Source: an uncultured virus (IMG/VR IMGVR_UViG_2706795104_000001) (taxonomy: Duplodnaviria; Heunggongvirae; Uroviricota; Caudoviricetes; Herelleviridae). From it: a stretch of 64,000 bases of DNA. The stretch covers positions 32,001-96,000 of IMG/VR virus record IMGVR_UViG_2706795104_000001; one strand, given 5' to 3'. The position numbers and the translations under genes are program-made. Shown piece by piece: positions 27,272 to 38,560 of this stretch; positions within the stretch are counted from its first letter, which is position 1; each line of letters starts with the position of its first letter. A model generated the notes under the pieces. It saw only the letters and a list, made by a program, of their open reading frames with translations, had not been told where the DNA came from and did not search any database.

Positions 27272-30200
27272 ATGGCAAAATATAAAGCGACTGGTCAGAC
27301 AACATTGTTTAACGTGAATGATGCTATCGCAGATACAAAGCCACCTGTTAATCCTAAAGAGGGTGCGTTGTGGTATAACACGACTGATAATAAATTTTAC
27401 ATATATACAAATGGTGAATGGAAGTTTGCTGCTGAAGGTATGAATTTTAATGCGAGAAACTTACTTGTAGGCTCTAAAGATTATACAGGCGCAGGTTGGG
27501 TACTACAAGCAGCGTATAAAATAAATGAATCTTACAGAGGAACAACAGTTGTCGAAACAATTAGCGACTGGGGTAGTGCGGATTATAAAGTTGCGGAACT
27601 GATAGACCGTAAAGTAGTCAGTGTAGGTGAAGAGGTTACATTATCTTGTTACGCTCGTCTAGTAGGTACAACTGAGACTAGAGATGTTAAGTTCTTCTTT
27701 GACGGATCATCAAAAAGTGGTACTACAGTTGGTAAAGCAGATGCAAACTGGAAGATGTTCTACATCACGATAAAGATTGAACAGTCTGTTATTGATAACA
27801 ACAAAGGCATGAGATTCGAAGTAGATACTATTAACGGTAAAAACATCAAGTTCCAAACAGCAGGGTTTACTTTGATTCGAGGTAATGTCCCTATTGATTG
27901 GGTTCCAGCTCCCGAAGACACGCAAGAACAAATTGACAAAAATAACAACGATATCATCAATATTACTAATTCATTAGACGCACTAGGTAACGATGGTAAA
28001 CTAACTCGTTTCGAACGTAGTTTAGTTAGAGGATACCTTGCAGATATTACAGGTAAATATTTAAACCCAACTGATACACTACCGTCACTAGCTAACATTG
28101 ATGCAGATACTTATAATGCAGGTAAATTATATGCGATCCGTAGAACTGCACGTAAGATTGGGTTGAACTTGACTACGAGTGCGAACTACAAACCGATGGG
28201 GGATGCGTATACTGCCTTAGTAGCATACCTAAATACGTATAGTCCTAAGCCTTGGGATACATCGGCTACTGCGATTAACAACATCCCTGATAGAAGCCGT
28301 ATGGAACGCTAAGTGGAACGACTATTACAATCGTTATGCTCTATTCGAAATCGAGGTGCAGGATCGTCAAAAAGAGTATACAGAGCAAAAAGTCGGAGAA
28401 ATGAAGGAAGAAACGATTGCGGCCATTAGTACGGCAGGTAACTACGATAGAGCTACATTCGCTAATCCAATGAATGTTAAGCCACCTATCGCCACACTTG
28501 GTCTTCCTGAGTTCGAAGGTTCCCACTCAGATAGTTGGGATTGGAACGGACGTAACTATATACTAAAATCGGATGTAGCCTACTCTTGGGATGGAAAGTT
28601 AGCTGATAACGGTTTTTATACTAAGCAACTCAGCCCACTATCAGTAGCTGCTTTTGATAAACAGAAGGTTACAATGTCTCTATCATACAAATTAACTAAC
28701 GTTGTATATGGTACTACAAACCCTTGGGTGGGTATGCAGATAACTGTAGAGTACACGGACGGTACAAGAGGGTACCCTACTTGTGTTGGAGGTAAAGCAG
28801 ATGGTTCGCCTACAACTAGCGGTTTCGTAACTAGAGCAGGTACATACCAGTTCAATGCGTCTAAGACAATCAAAACTTTAAGTATTATGTTAGGTGGTAG
28901 GGACTTAACAGGTAAAGTAGAAATTCAGAATTACAAAGTTGAAGTAGGAGACAAAACTGCGGATAAAGTAGTATGGACACCTGCTATCGAAGATGTGTGG
29001 GCAGGTACAGGAAACCGTATTCGTCCTGTAACAAACCCTACATTTAGTAGTGGTACCGACCTAACTATTTGGGGCAAGTTCTACGGAGACGGGACAAACA
29101 ACGATAAGTTCTATTGGGAAACAAACGGTTCTGCTATTAAAGAGAAAAGATGGATGGATGTTTCTCTTAACGATAAGCAGAGTTGGGCGTTCTCTACAAA
29201 TGGTCTATCAACTAACGGAGTAAACAGAGTCCTAAATTCTAGTTGTAATAATATGCAACCATACATGTTCGACAACTCAAGTACAGGTGGCACAATAGGT
29301 CGAGCTACATCAAAGTTTGTCAGTGACTACCTTGAACTGACATCTACAGATGCGAGTGACAGTTTCTATCAGATTGGTTCTTACGAAATGAACTTGCATA
29401 TGTTCTCTACAGGAGAGACAGTTACATTCTCCGCAGAAGTAAACTGTGAGGTTGCAGGAGCATACGTATCTGTTTGGCACCATGACGGATCGAACTGGAT
29501 TGAAAATAGGGGTGACGCTAACTCTGTAGGAGCAGCCAACACATGGAAACGTCTTTACAAGACATTTACGATTCCGAGCAATGCGAAAGGACTATTCGGT
29601 CGTGTGTACTTCCCTAGAGGAACAGCAGCAACAGGGAAGAAACTTAACATGCGAAAAGTACAACTCGAGTCAGGAAGCGTTATGACCGATTGGGTTAATA
29701 CGAGCCTAGTAAAAGTTACACGAGTGAGAGCTGATGGTTTTGCTTACGCTAACGCAAACAGTAACTCATTAACAGTTGTTAAAGCAGACGGAACACTAAT
29801 ACCAAAGGACGGACAGCTACATGTGAACACGTATTCAACTAGTAGCAATCTTGATAAAATTTGGTTCTCTATTGACAACAACGATAGTGGTTGGGCTGAA
29901 GCGTATAACCCTAGTAAGGAAGACATTAACGCCTACTTCTTAGGTTGGAGAGTATGTAATGGTACTTTTGGAGGGTTGTACCCAGGGTCAGGAATTAAGC
30001 AGTGGTATCCAATAGGTGATAAAGATTTATCTCGTGCTACTGTAGCAGGTAACACGGCACCAACAGAACCCTCACCTTCGATTAGTGATAAATCTATAAA
30101 TCACTATCAAGTTGTCTATCAGCTTGTAGACCCAATTCAAGAGATAGTTGAATTTGATGGTATACTAGAATTACTAGGGGAAAAGGACAACGTTGTAACA

Positions 30201-31353
30201 ACTTACTACCCTACTTGGTCATCTACGATTTCTAAAGGTTCAATCAAGTATGGTACCAACTTAGCTACAGTCAACCAAGACACACGTTACATCATCCCAT
30301 CTATGGTAAAACGTATCGCTAATGCAGAACAGAAGATTACGGATGACTCTATCACAAACACAGTCTTCAGTTCTAGAGAATACACACTTGCTCTAAAGAG
30401 TAAGGCAAATGCTAGTGACCTTGGTAACTTAGCTTCTAAAGATGAGTTAAACAACGTGTCAGGTGCCGTAGACGGTAAGATTAAAGATGCGATGGACAAG
30501 TTAGACTTCTCTCCATACGCAACGAAATCTGAGTTAAAACAGACCGCTACAGACATCACTGCTAAGTTCTCTGCTACAGGTGGTATGAACTTAATTAAGA
30601 ACTCTATCGGTTACAGTGACAGAGATTTTTGGAGCTTAACTACTGCTTATGCAGTAGAGACCATTGCAAACTCTGCTTTAGATAATCTAGGGTTCGGTAA
30701 AGGGTTCTACTTTAAAGCCAACGGACAAGAGACAGGAATCTATCAAGATGTATCTGTTATTCCTGGGCAACCTTACACATTAGGTTGGTACTTGAATAAG
30801 ATGACAAAGGGTGCAGATTCTAGCTATCGTTTTTGGATTCAGGCTCAGGAATATAACGGCACAGCTTGGGTTGTACCTCCTGGGAACCAAATAGCAGATA
30901 ATAGTAATCAGACAACAAACGGGTTCGAAGCTCGTTATATGACATTCACTCCTACAAAGGATAAAGTAAGAATACGTTTCATCGGATACGCTAACGTAGA
31001 AGCTATTGTATCAGGAATCATGTTAAACATCGGTGACGTCGGCTCTACAATGGACTCTAGCTACAGGAGAGCTTTACAACACGAACATCCGAATGAACAT
31101 AAATGGTATCCGTGTATCGCAGTTAGATGGTAACGGTAGTGAAGTTGGTTACACTCAAATTACACCGTCAGAGTTCGCAGGATATTACCAAAATAACGGA
31201 ACATTCGAAAAAGTATTCTACTTAAACGGAGATGAAACGGTAACGAAAAAGCTTCGAGCAACAAACGAAATTACGTTAGGGAACATTAAAATCCTGTCCA
31301 TTCAGAGTAAAGACTCTACAGGATGGGCGTTCGTATCGAATAAAGTACAATAA
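27272..31353 (+). CDS. Long tail fibre with carbohydrate-binding modules; split by extra bases at ~28295 and ~31041
   Basis: Three ORFs join into one frame when single bases are removed (DRAVWNAKWND and GDVALQWTLA junctions); repeated RNLL/RNYI/NLIKNS module starts. Confidence 0.8.
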
Positions 31354-31370
31354 CGATTGGAGGAAACAAC

Positions 31371-34082
31371 ATGGCAAGTGGTTCATTTGGAGTTTCTACC
31401 AGTAATAGGTATGTTTCGGGTACTGTGAATTGGCGCAGTACCCCGAACACTGGTGGTAACTATAGTGATGTGTACGTAGAGATGCGCTTCTCTCGTACAA
31501 ATACAGGATATACAACATACGGTACAGGTACCTTCGGATTATATGTAGATGGACAACAAGCAGTAAATACAACAGGTTTCTCCTTTACATATAACTCTAA
31601 TACACTGGTAGTTAGCGGTAACTTCAGAGTCAATCATAATTCTGATGGTTCTAAAAACTTACGTATTGGTGCAAGTGGTTACACAGATGTATTCTCTATT
31701 AACGATGCAGTCGCATATGTAGACTTGGATCGTATCCCACGAGCAAGTACAGTATCGTCTAACATTAGTTGGACTGCTGCTATCGAACCTCTACCTATCT
31801 CGATTAACCGTGCTTCTACTGCGTTTGACCACATTGTAACAGTAGAGGTGCAGAAACCTGATAATAGTATGGCCGCAATTGCTTGGCGAAGTGGAGTTGG
31901 AGATAATGTAACATTCTACTTCAGTAAGGATGAGACAACCATCCTCTATCAAGCAATTGGTGGATACGAGAATAGACCTGTAAAGATTAAGGTGCAGACA
32001 TGGTATAACGGTAGTGTAATTGGAGAGACAGAGAAATGGGGTACTGTATACGGTGCAACACCTGCTACACCAGTTCTCTCTGACTTCGATATTGGTACGA
32101 AAAATGTACCTGTGACACTAGATTATTACTATGCGGAGTTTGCATATTCATTAGTGTTCACGTTCGGCAGTTTCTCAAAAACATTCTCTACGGGTGTAGG
32201 GAAGACATTCACAATGACATTCGATGACAACGACATCGCTAAGATGTACCAACAAACACCGAATGACAATGTGAAGCAAGCCAACGTTTGGGCAAGTACG
32301 AAGTATAACGGGGTAGAGATAAACGATGGGGTTCCGAAGGATCAGAATAAGAAGGTTAACTTACGGGTTGTAAATAGTAATCCAGCATATGCAGGAGGAT
32401 TTACCTACCTAGATTCGAATGGTACAACAACTGCTCTTACAGGGAATAACCAGTACATTGTACAGAACAAATCTACGTTACAAGTTAAGATTCCTGCAAC
32501 AGCTAAAGCTATCGCACAGAATAGTGCTACAATGGCTCGATACGAAGTATCTGTAAACGGTTCAACGCAGTCTATCAACTACGCAACTACAGACCTTACG
32601 CTTAACTTCGGTACGGTGGATGCGGCTACTAACGCTACACTTACAGTTACTGCAATTGATAGTCGAGGTAATAGAACATCTGCATCTTCTGTTATATTAA
32701 TGTTGCCTTATTCACCACCTAGTATTTCTGCTAGTGCAGAACGATTAAACAACTTTGAAGCTTCAACTACGATTAAGTTAAGTGGGTCAATCTCACCTCT
32801 AACCATTGGTGGTACTAATAAGAACTCTCTTCCCGTTGTTAAATTCCAAAGAAGACAGGTAGGTGGTACATACGATAGTCCAGGTACTAACTTTACAATA
32901 ACAGGAAACCCTAACTTCACTGCAACGAATGCCGTAGTAACGCTAGATAATACAGTAGCTTGGGAGATTCTGATTACAGTAACAGATAAGGTAGGCTCCA
33001 CTGTAACGGCTCTACGGACAGTAGCGGTCGGTACTCCAATCTTCTTCATTGATACAGTGAAGAATGCTGTAGGGATTAACAAGTTCCCTAAAAGCGCAGC
33101 AAGTGGTCTCGAAATAGCAGGTGACTTGGATGTTGATGGTATACTTAAATTAAAGGCTAACCAATGGATCGCACAAGGTGCATATAGTTTACATGCCAAT
33201 GGTTCCGACTTTATGGCAGTCAACTCTATCTACTTTAGTAGTCCAGTACAGTCCACTGGGCAAGGATTAAACTTCCTAAGACCAGGTAAAACAGCAGGTT
33301 CTACAAATGCGAATGACTACAGTACTTTCGGTGTTCTAGACTATGCGATGAGGATGAACAACCAAACAATATTTTACCAGTTCCCGAATACTGGAAACCT
33401 ACGATTCGGTGGGGATTTTTATTCACAGAATAGCGGTGGAATTTTCTTTGATGTATATGGGAATATGAAAGGTCAACCCGATGCAGGTAGCGGTAATACA
33501 TGGTCACTTAAAGATGCTGATGGAAGAAATAGATTCCTAACGTATATCGGTAAAGGTGCGACAGGCTCTACAGAAATTAGTTCATATACGAACGGTGTAG
33601 ACTTTTACAACGATGGTGCAAAAGTGTTGATGATATACCAATCAGGTAGTAACGTTAACCGTTATTTAAAATTTGGTGATAGTGGTGGGATCATTAAGTG
33701 GCAAAATAACCAAGGTCGTTTCGAGGTTAGAACTAGTAATGACGGTGACTGGATGGAAATTGCAGGTAAAATCACAAACGCATCTTCTAGAAAGTACAAG
33801 CGGGACATTGAGGTATTCGAGGGAAGCGCAATGGATATTATCAATACCTCTGTAGCAAAAACGTACAAGTATAGAGATAGTGATTTAACACAGGTCGGTC
33901 TTATTGCAGAAGAAGCACCTCAAATTATTTTAGGTAAGAACGGAGACACAGTAGACTCCTATGGTATGGCAACACTGTCTTGGAAAGGGCTTCAAGAGAC
34001 ATATGCAGAACTTAGAAGTGTAAGGGAAACTCTAGCAGAAGTGCAGAGAGAGCTAATAAGATTAAAAATACAAATAGGATAG
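31371..34082 (+). CDS. Tail fibre/receptor-binding protein with C-terminal intramolecular chaperone (S74-like)
   Basis: DUF859-like N-terminus (LDRIPRAS); C-terminal SSRKYKRDI...GLIAEE. Confidence 0.85.
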   Translation: MASGSFGVSTSNRYVSGTVNWRSTPNTGGNYSDVYVEMRFSRTNTGYTTYGTGTFGLYVDGQQAVNTTGFSFTYNSNTLVVSGNFRVNHNSDGSKNLRIGASGYTDVFSINDAVAYVDLDRIPRASTVSSNISWTAAIEPLPISINRASTAFDHIVTVEVQKPDNSMAAIAWRSGVGDNVTFYFSKDETTILYQAIGGYENRPVKIKVQTWYNGSVIGETEKWGTVYGATPATPVLSDFDIGTKNVPVTLDYYYAEFAYSLVFTFGSFSKTFSTGVGKTFTMTFDDNDIAKMYQQTPNDNVKQANVWASTKYNGVEINDGVPKDQNKKVNLRVVNSNPAYAGGFTYLDSNGTTTALTGNNQYIVQNKSTLQVKIPATAKAIAQNSATMARYEVSVNGSTQSINYATTDLTLNFGTVDAATNATLTVTAIDSRGNRTSASSVILMLPYSPPSISASAERLNNFEASTTIKLSGSISPLTIGGTNKNSLPVVKFQRRQVGGTYDSPGTNFTITGNPNFTATNAVVTLDNTVAWEILITVTDKVGSTVTALRTVAVGTPIFFIDTVKNAVGINKFPKSAASGLEIAGDLDVDGILKLKANQWIAQGAYSLHANGSDFMAVNSIYFSSPVQSTGQGLNFLRPGKTAGSTNANDYSTFGVLDYAMRMNNQTIFYQFPNTGNLRFGGDFYSQNSGGIFFDVYGNMKGQPDAGSGNTWSLKDADGRNRFLTYIGKGATGSTEISSYTNGVDFYNDGAKVLMIYQSGSNVNRYLKFGDSGGIIKWQNNQGRFEVRTSNDGDWMEIAGKITNASSRKYKRDIEVFEGSAMDIINTSVAKTYKYRDSDLTQVGLIAEEAPQIILGKNGDTVDSYGMATLSWKGLQETYAELRSVRETLAEVQRELIRLKIQIG

Positions 34083-34097
34083 GGAGCGAACAAATAG

Positions 34098-34629
34098 ATG
34101 ATATACGATGGCTTACAAATTTACGAAAAAGAACTTATTATGCAAGGATTTAACAAGATGCAACCAAACAACCAAGATGCAACCAAACAACCAAGATGCA
34201 CTAGTAAGTGCTATTGCCCGTAAACAAGGTATAACTCTGTGGCAAGTCAAACCTGAGGACATCTTAAAGTACCATAAAGAACTTAAAACAGCTATGATGG
34301 ACGAGTTCGCTGACGTGTATATTAAGCTAGGGTTTAAATCGGTTAACGGGCATAGATATCGTTTAAATGAAAATGACCAAATTAACTTCTTAGGTAAGAA
34401 AGATTGGCTTCGTGACCACCCTGAAGCTACAGAGGTTCCGTGGAAAACAGAGGATGTAGGGTACATAGTGCATACAAGAGAAGACTGGTTAGTAGTACAA
34501 GCTGAAGCGTATACACACAAAGAAACTCAATTGTTCAAATACAACGAGAAAGTTACTGCTATTGCCGCTGCTACAACACACGAAGAACTTGTAGCAGTTT
34601 CTTGGACTGGTGAAGCACCAAATAAATAA
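34098..34629 (+). CDS. Tail fibre assembly protein (DUF4376-like), frameshifted by a 19-bp duplication
   Basis: SD GGGAG then ATG 34098 (MIYDGLQIYEKELIMQGFNKMQPNNQDA) joins the downstream frame if one repeat unit is removed; ends IAAATTHEELVAVSW. Confidence 0.7.
34154..34200 (+). repeat. Tandem repeat, 19-bp unit x ~2.5
   Basis: CAAGATGCAACCAAACAAC at 34154 and 34173, plus CAAGATGCA at 34192. Confidence 0.95.
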
Positions 34630-34653
34630 TAGATTCATATAGGAGGAAATAAA

Positions 34654-34830
34654 GTGGAACAACAATTACAACAACCACAGAATAAACCAATTAACCCGAA
34701 ACACATCATTGACGAGCAGAGAGTGTCTATCTTCGACCTAATGAACGAGAACATTATGCTTAAAGCATATATTGCTCAGTTAGAAGAAGAGAAAGCACAG
34801 TCTCAGGAACCAAAGGAATCGGCAAAATAA
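34654..34830 (+). CDS. 58-aa hypothetical protein (absent from ORF track)
   Basis: SD AGGAGG, GTG start, MEQQLQQPQNKPINPKHII... Confidence 0.8.
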   Translation: MEQQLQQPQNKPINPKHIIDEQRVSIFDLMNENIMLKAYIAQLEEEKAQSQEPKESAK

Positions 34831-34846
34831 GAAAGGTGAATAGACT

Positions 34847-35332
34847 ATGACAACTGAAACGATCCAATCGGCAGATGTTATATTCTATAGACCTAAGAGT
34901 TTCATAGGCTGGGTGATTAGTAAAGTTACTAAGTCACCCTATAGCCATGTTGCCCTTGCTATCGACTCTGACACATTGATAGAAGCCAACAGGTTTATAA
35001 AAACGAGAGTCGTACCTATAGAGTATGACAAAAACATCACACATATTTATCGGTTAGATAGTTTAACGAAAGAGGAACAAGATAAAATCGTCTCTATCGC
35101 ACTAAGCTACGAAGGTACTGATTACGACTATGCTCAGATATTTGAAATGTTCTTACGGATCGTACTTAACATTAAACGTACCCTGTTCAACAATCAAAAG
35201 AAACTTACCTGTTCTGAGGTAGTAGATAGCTCTTTCTATAAAGCAGGGATTAAGAGGAAAGACACAGAGTTCCTATATGACATCACTCCTGAAGAGTTAT
35301 TGCAAAAATACTCACTACATAGAGTCCTTTAA
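34847..35332 (+). CDS. Permuted papain-like NlpC/P60 protein (YaeF/YiiX type)
   Basis: ADVIF, YSHVAL (His) precedes YDY and TCSEVV (Cys). Confidence 0.85.
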   Translation: MTTETIQSADVIFYRPKSFIGWVISKVTKSPYSHVALAIDSDTLIEANRFIKTRVVPIEYDKNITHIYRLDSLTKEEQDKIVSIALSYEGTDYDYAQIFEMFLRIVLNIKRTLFNNQKKLTCSEVVDSSFYKAGIKRKDTEFLYDITPEELLQKYSLHRVL

Positions 35333-35354
35333 GCCGAGGTTTTCCTCGGCTTTT
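35331..35354 (+). terminator. Intrinsic terminator
   Basis: AAGCCGAGG-TTTT-CCTCGGCTTTT. Confidence 0.8.
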
Positions 35355-35383
35355 CTTATATTATAAAAGAGAGGTGATAACAC

Positions 35384-36211
35384 ATGGGAATGTCAGATGG
35401 TAAAACAGCATTAACAAGAATTGCTTTCCAAGTAGGAAACAGATTCTTCCGATTCGCTATCAACCCTGAAAATATGACGTTTGCAAATCCACACCGTACA
35501 ACTGCTTTAAAAACAAAGAGTAGGATCGTAATTGAGGATTTCCAAAGCGACATCCCTACGTACACGATTAGTGGTACAACAGGATTCAACCCCACAGGTA
35601 AAGCTTCAGACCGAGGGATTGCTAAGATAAAAGAAATGAAAGCCTTTCTACGAGACTATGCAGAGATTGGTGGTAACGGTAAGAAATCCGCAGATGATTT
35701 TTATTTCCACAACTTTACAAATGATGAGAGCTTTGTCGTCCACTTAGCTCCTGAAGGGGTTACATATACACAGGACGTTAACGCTCCACTAATGTTCCGA
35801 TACGAGATTAAATTCGTGGTACTTAGAAAGTCTACCGATCCTGCCGATGACGATGTTGTGGCACCTGAGATTGGTAATAGATATCCTACAGTCGGTGGGG
35901 GAGGAAGTAGCTCAGGATCAAATCCTAACCAACGTCCCGACACAGATATTAACTTAGGTGGTGGAGGTCTTGTATGGCAGCCAAGCCCACTGTTCCCCCC
36001 AATAAGTGGTAGACCGAATACAGGTGGTAACGGAGGAAAGTACGACCCGAGTTCAGGTAATGATGACATCTATAACAAGGGTGAAGGTGGAGGTTATGTT
36101 CCAGGCACAGGACGTGACCCAGTTAACCCACAACGACCATCCAACCTATCATATGATTACGGTATGAACGGACTAGGATATAACATCGGTTATTACGGAA
36201 GGTGGTATTAA
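35384..36211 (+). CDS. Baseplate/tube-initiator-type virion protein
   Basis: FRFAINPE, ISGTTG, FHNFT; synteny. Confidence 0.75.
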   Translation: MGMSDGKTALTRIAFQVGNRFFRFAINPENMTFANPHRTTALKTKSRIVIEDFQSDIPTYTISGTTGFNPTGKASDRGIAKIKEMKAFLRDYAEIGGNGKKSADDFYFHNFTNDESFVVHLAPEGVTYTQDVNAPLMFRYEIKFVVLRKSTDPADDDVVAPEIGNRYPTVGGGGSSSGSNPNQRPDTDINLGGGGLVWQPSPLFPPISGRPNTGGNGGKYDPSSGNDDIYNKGEGGGYVPGTGRDPVNPQRPSNLSYDYGMNGLGYNIGYYGRWY

Positions 36212-36215
36212 GAGT

Positions 36216-36740
36216 ATGACAATTAGAAAGCCGTTAGACCTTGTTAGATTCGTCTCTAGCGTTCCTGTTCTTACTGATGGGACTATCCCATTAAACGAGA
36301 TGGGAAACACACCACAGTTCGTCTCTAGCCTTTATACACCATCATTTAGTGTATCGGCTCTTGCAAGATTAACGTTAGAGGATATCCAACAAAATAAAAT
36401 TGAAGTGATAAATGTACCACTAGACCCACGAACAATTGTAGCTCAGGTTATTAATAGTGATTTAGCTACGTATAACCCTCGTGTGTATGTTCTAGTGTGT
36501 GCCGTAGTGTTAGAGTCCTTCGCACTATTATATAGCCTAGAAGAGACTCGTACGAGCTTACAATACGTAACGAAGAAAGATATCTTGAAGATAAAGCAGA
36601 ATATAAACTACATTGCAGATTACTTCGGTACAGAAAGAAAGTACCGTCCAATGATTGAGACTTTACGAGATATCGACATCTCTATCGGTTACTTAGAGAA
36701 CCAAGTAGAGTCCGTTATGAATAGATGGGTGGTGAGATAA
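36216..36740 (+). CDS. Baseplate-region virion protein
   Basis: 174-aa ORF in the baseplate operon. Confidence 0.75.
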   Translation: MTIRKPLDLVRFVSSVPVLTDGTIPLNEMGNTPQFVSSLYTPSFSVSALARLTLEDIQQNKIEVINVPLDPRTIVAQVINSDLATYNPRVYVLVCAVVLESFALLYSLEETRTSLQYVTKKDILKIKQNINYIADYFGTERKYRPMIETLRDIDISIGYLENQVESVMNRWVVR

Positions 36741-37489
36741 TGGCTAAGTTTAAAAGAAGAATTATCGCAGATGGGGACACGATGCAAGCTATCGCACAAC
36801 AAGAGCTAGGAGATGTGAGCCGTTGGGTAGAGTTAGCTCGGTTCAATGACCTACGACATCCGTACATCGTAGATACTGTAGCAGAGAAGCTAAAGAATCC
36901 AACACACCTACTAACTATCGGGGACACTCTACTGATTGAAATTTCTGAAAACTCACAAGAAGACTTGATGAACGTACTCAATCGTGCAACAGATTTCGAT
37001 AAAGAGGAACTGTACGCACTAGCCTTAGGTAAGGATTTAGATGTACTTCCAATTCCGAAACCGTTTGGTAAATCAGGTTGGGATAATGATGTATTCGAAA
37101 TGAAGGACAACGAAAGAGGAGATGTTGCTACGATCCGTGGAATCGAGAACTTAAAGCAGTCTCTATACATGCGACTAGTAACACCACTTGGAGGTTATCT
37201 AGGCTACCCACGATACGGCTCAAAAGTTCACGAGTATCTTGGTAAAAAGAACACAGAAGAGAACGCAATCCTACTAGACATCGAGATTGAAAGAACGTTG
37301 CGTACCGATGGTAGGGTACGAAGTGTAGAGAAAGTAGGTCATGTTATTGACGGTAACTCCTACTCAACTACTTTTAAAATCTACTCTATTGCGATGGAAG
37401 AAGCTTTCCTACTAGCACTATCAGGTGAGTTAGGTGTAGCAGGTTCATTAGTATTAACAGATAACTTCGTAGATAACATTATACGATAA
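36740..37489 (+). CDS. Baseplate wedge protein (LysM-like plus gp25-like)
   Basis: GDTMQAIAQQELGD...W..LARFNDL; GIENLKQSL..RL.TPLG...YPRYGS. Confidence 0.85.
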   Translation: MAKFKRRIIADGDTMQAIAQQELGDVSRWVELARFNDLRHPYIVDTVAEKLKNPTHLLTIGDTLLIEISENSQEDLMNVLNRATDFDKEELYALALGKDLDVLPIPKPFGKSGWDNDVFEMKDNERGDVATIRGIENLKQSLYMRLVTPLGGYLGYPRYGSKVHEYLGKKNTEENAILLDIEIERTLRTDGRVRSVEKVGHVIDGNSYSTTFKIYSIAMEEAFLLALSGELGVAGSLVLTDNFVDNIIR

Positions 37490-37502
37490 GGAGGTTTACC
37501 CA

Positions 37503-38549
37503 TTGAGATATAAACAAATGACAGAAATCTATGGGAGATTGGTAGACCATACGATTACAAATACAAATAAGATTAATGACTTCTCTATCGGTAGTGCAAT
37601 CCGAGCGATGTACGAAGCTACTGCTAGGGAGATTGAGCAGCTATACATTTTAACAGAGGAGAATATCCGAGAAGCTATTGCGGCAGGAGTATACTCTTCA
37701 TTCGGGTTCCAACGTAAACCTGCACAACGAGCATATGGTAAAGTCCAATTGGTCTTCCACAATGCCGTACAACAGACTTTACCTCTACCAAGGGGTACAA
37801 GGTTCACTTCTAGTTTAGCAGACTACACGATGACATATGAGACGGTAGAGGACTACTACGTACCACAAGGTGCAGTTACTGCCGAAGTACAAATATTCTG
37901 TACGATTTCAGGAGAGATTGGTAACGTACCAAACAACGTAATTAACATTATGATGACTCCCCTAGCAAACATCAAGTCTGTAACGAACGCACAAGCTTTC
38001 CAAACAGGACAAGACGAGGAGCCATTAGAAGAGTTGAAGTCTCGTTTCCGTGCTTATATCGAATCTCTAAGTAAGGGTACGATTCCTGCACTAGAGTATG
38101 GTACACGCTCCGTTGCAGAGATTTCAGGTGTATGGATTGATGAACAGACAGGTATCGTATATGTTTACGCACACGACCGAAATGGAGACCTTCCTGATGT
38201 TGTGAGAGACAAAGTAATTGCGACATTACAAAACTACCGAGCAGCAGGAATACCAGTTGTTGTACGACCTGTAGTACGTAAAGCAGTTAACATTGATGTT
38301 ACAATAGTAGTAGCTGATAAAACTGCTATTACAAAGGCGCTACAAGATAAGATAGCGTCTGAGATTTCAAGATACCTTAACAACATGCAGACTTCACAAA
38401 GCGTAATCCTATCTGACCTATCTAGTGTGATTAAAGGATTAGATAGACGATTAATCTACGATATCACGTTTAACGATCCGAAAGCAAACGTAATCGTAGC
38501 AGGTAACGAAGTTGTTCGTGCAGGTACAGTTAAGGTTACTCTAGTATAG
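37503..38549 (+). CDS. Baseplate J-like wedge protein
   Basis: DFSIGSAIR, GEIGNV, GQDEEPLEELKSRF, YRAAGI. Confidence 0.9.
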   Translation: MRYKQMTEIYGRLVDHTITNTNKINDFSIGSAIRAMYEATAREIEQLYILTEENIREAIAAGVYSSFGFQRKPAQRAYGKVQLVFHNAVQQTLPLPRGTRFTSSLADYTMTYETVEDYYVPQGAVTAEVQIFCTISGEIGNVPNNVINIMMTPLANIKSVTNAQAFQTGQDEEPLEELKSRFRAYIESLSKGTIPALEYGTRSVAEISGVWIDEQTGIVYVYAHDRNGDLPDVVRDKVIATLQNYRAAGIPVVVRPVVRKAVNIDVTIVVADKTAITKALQDKIASEISRYLNNMQTSQSVILSDLSSVIKGLDRRLIYDITFNDPKANVIVAGNEVVRAGTVKVTLV

Positions 38550-38560
38550 GAGGAACTTAA

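Noticed and set aside
27272-34082. Diversity-generating retroelement or invertible segment acting on tail fibres
   Set aside because: No reverse transcriptase, recombinase, template/variable repeat pair or inverted crossover sites were seen in the window.
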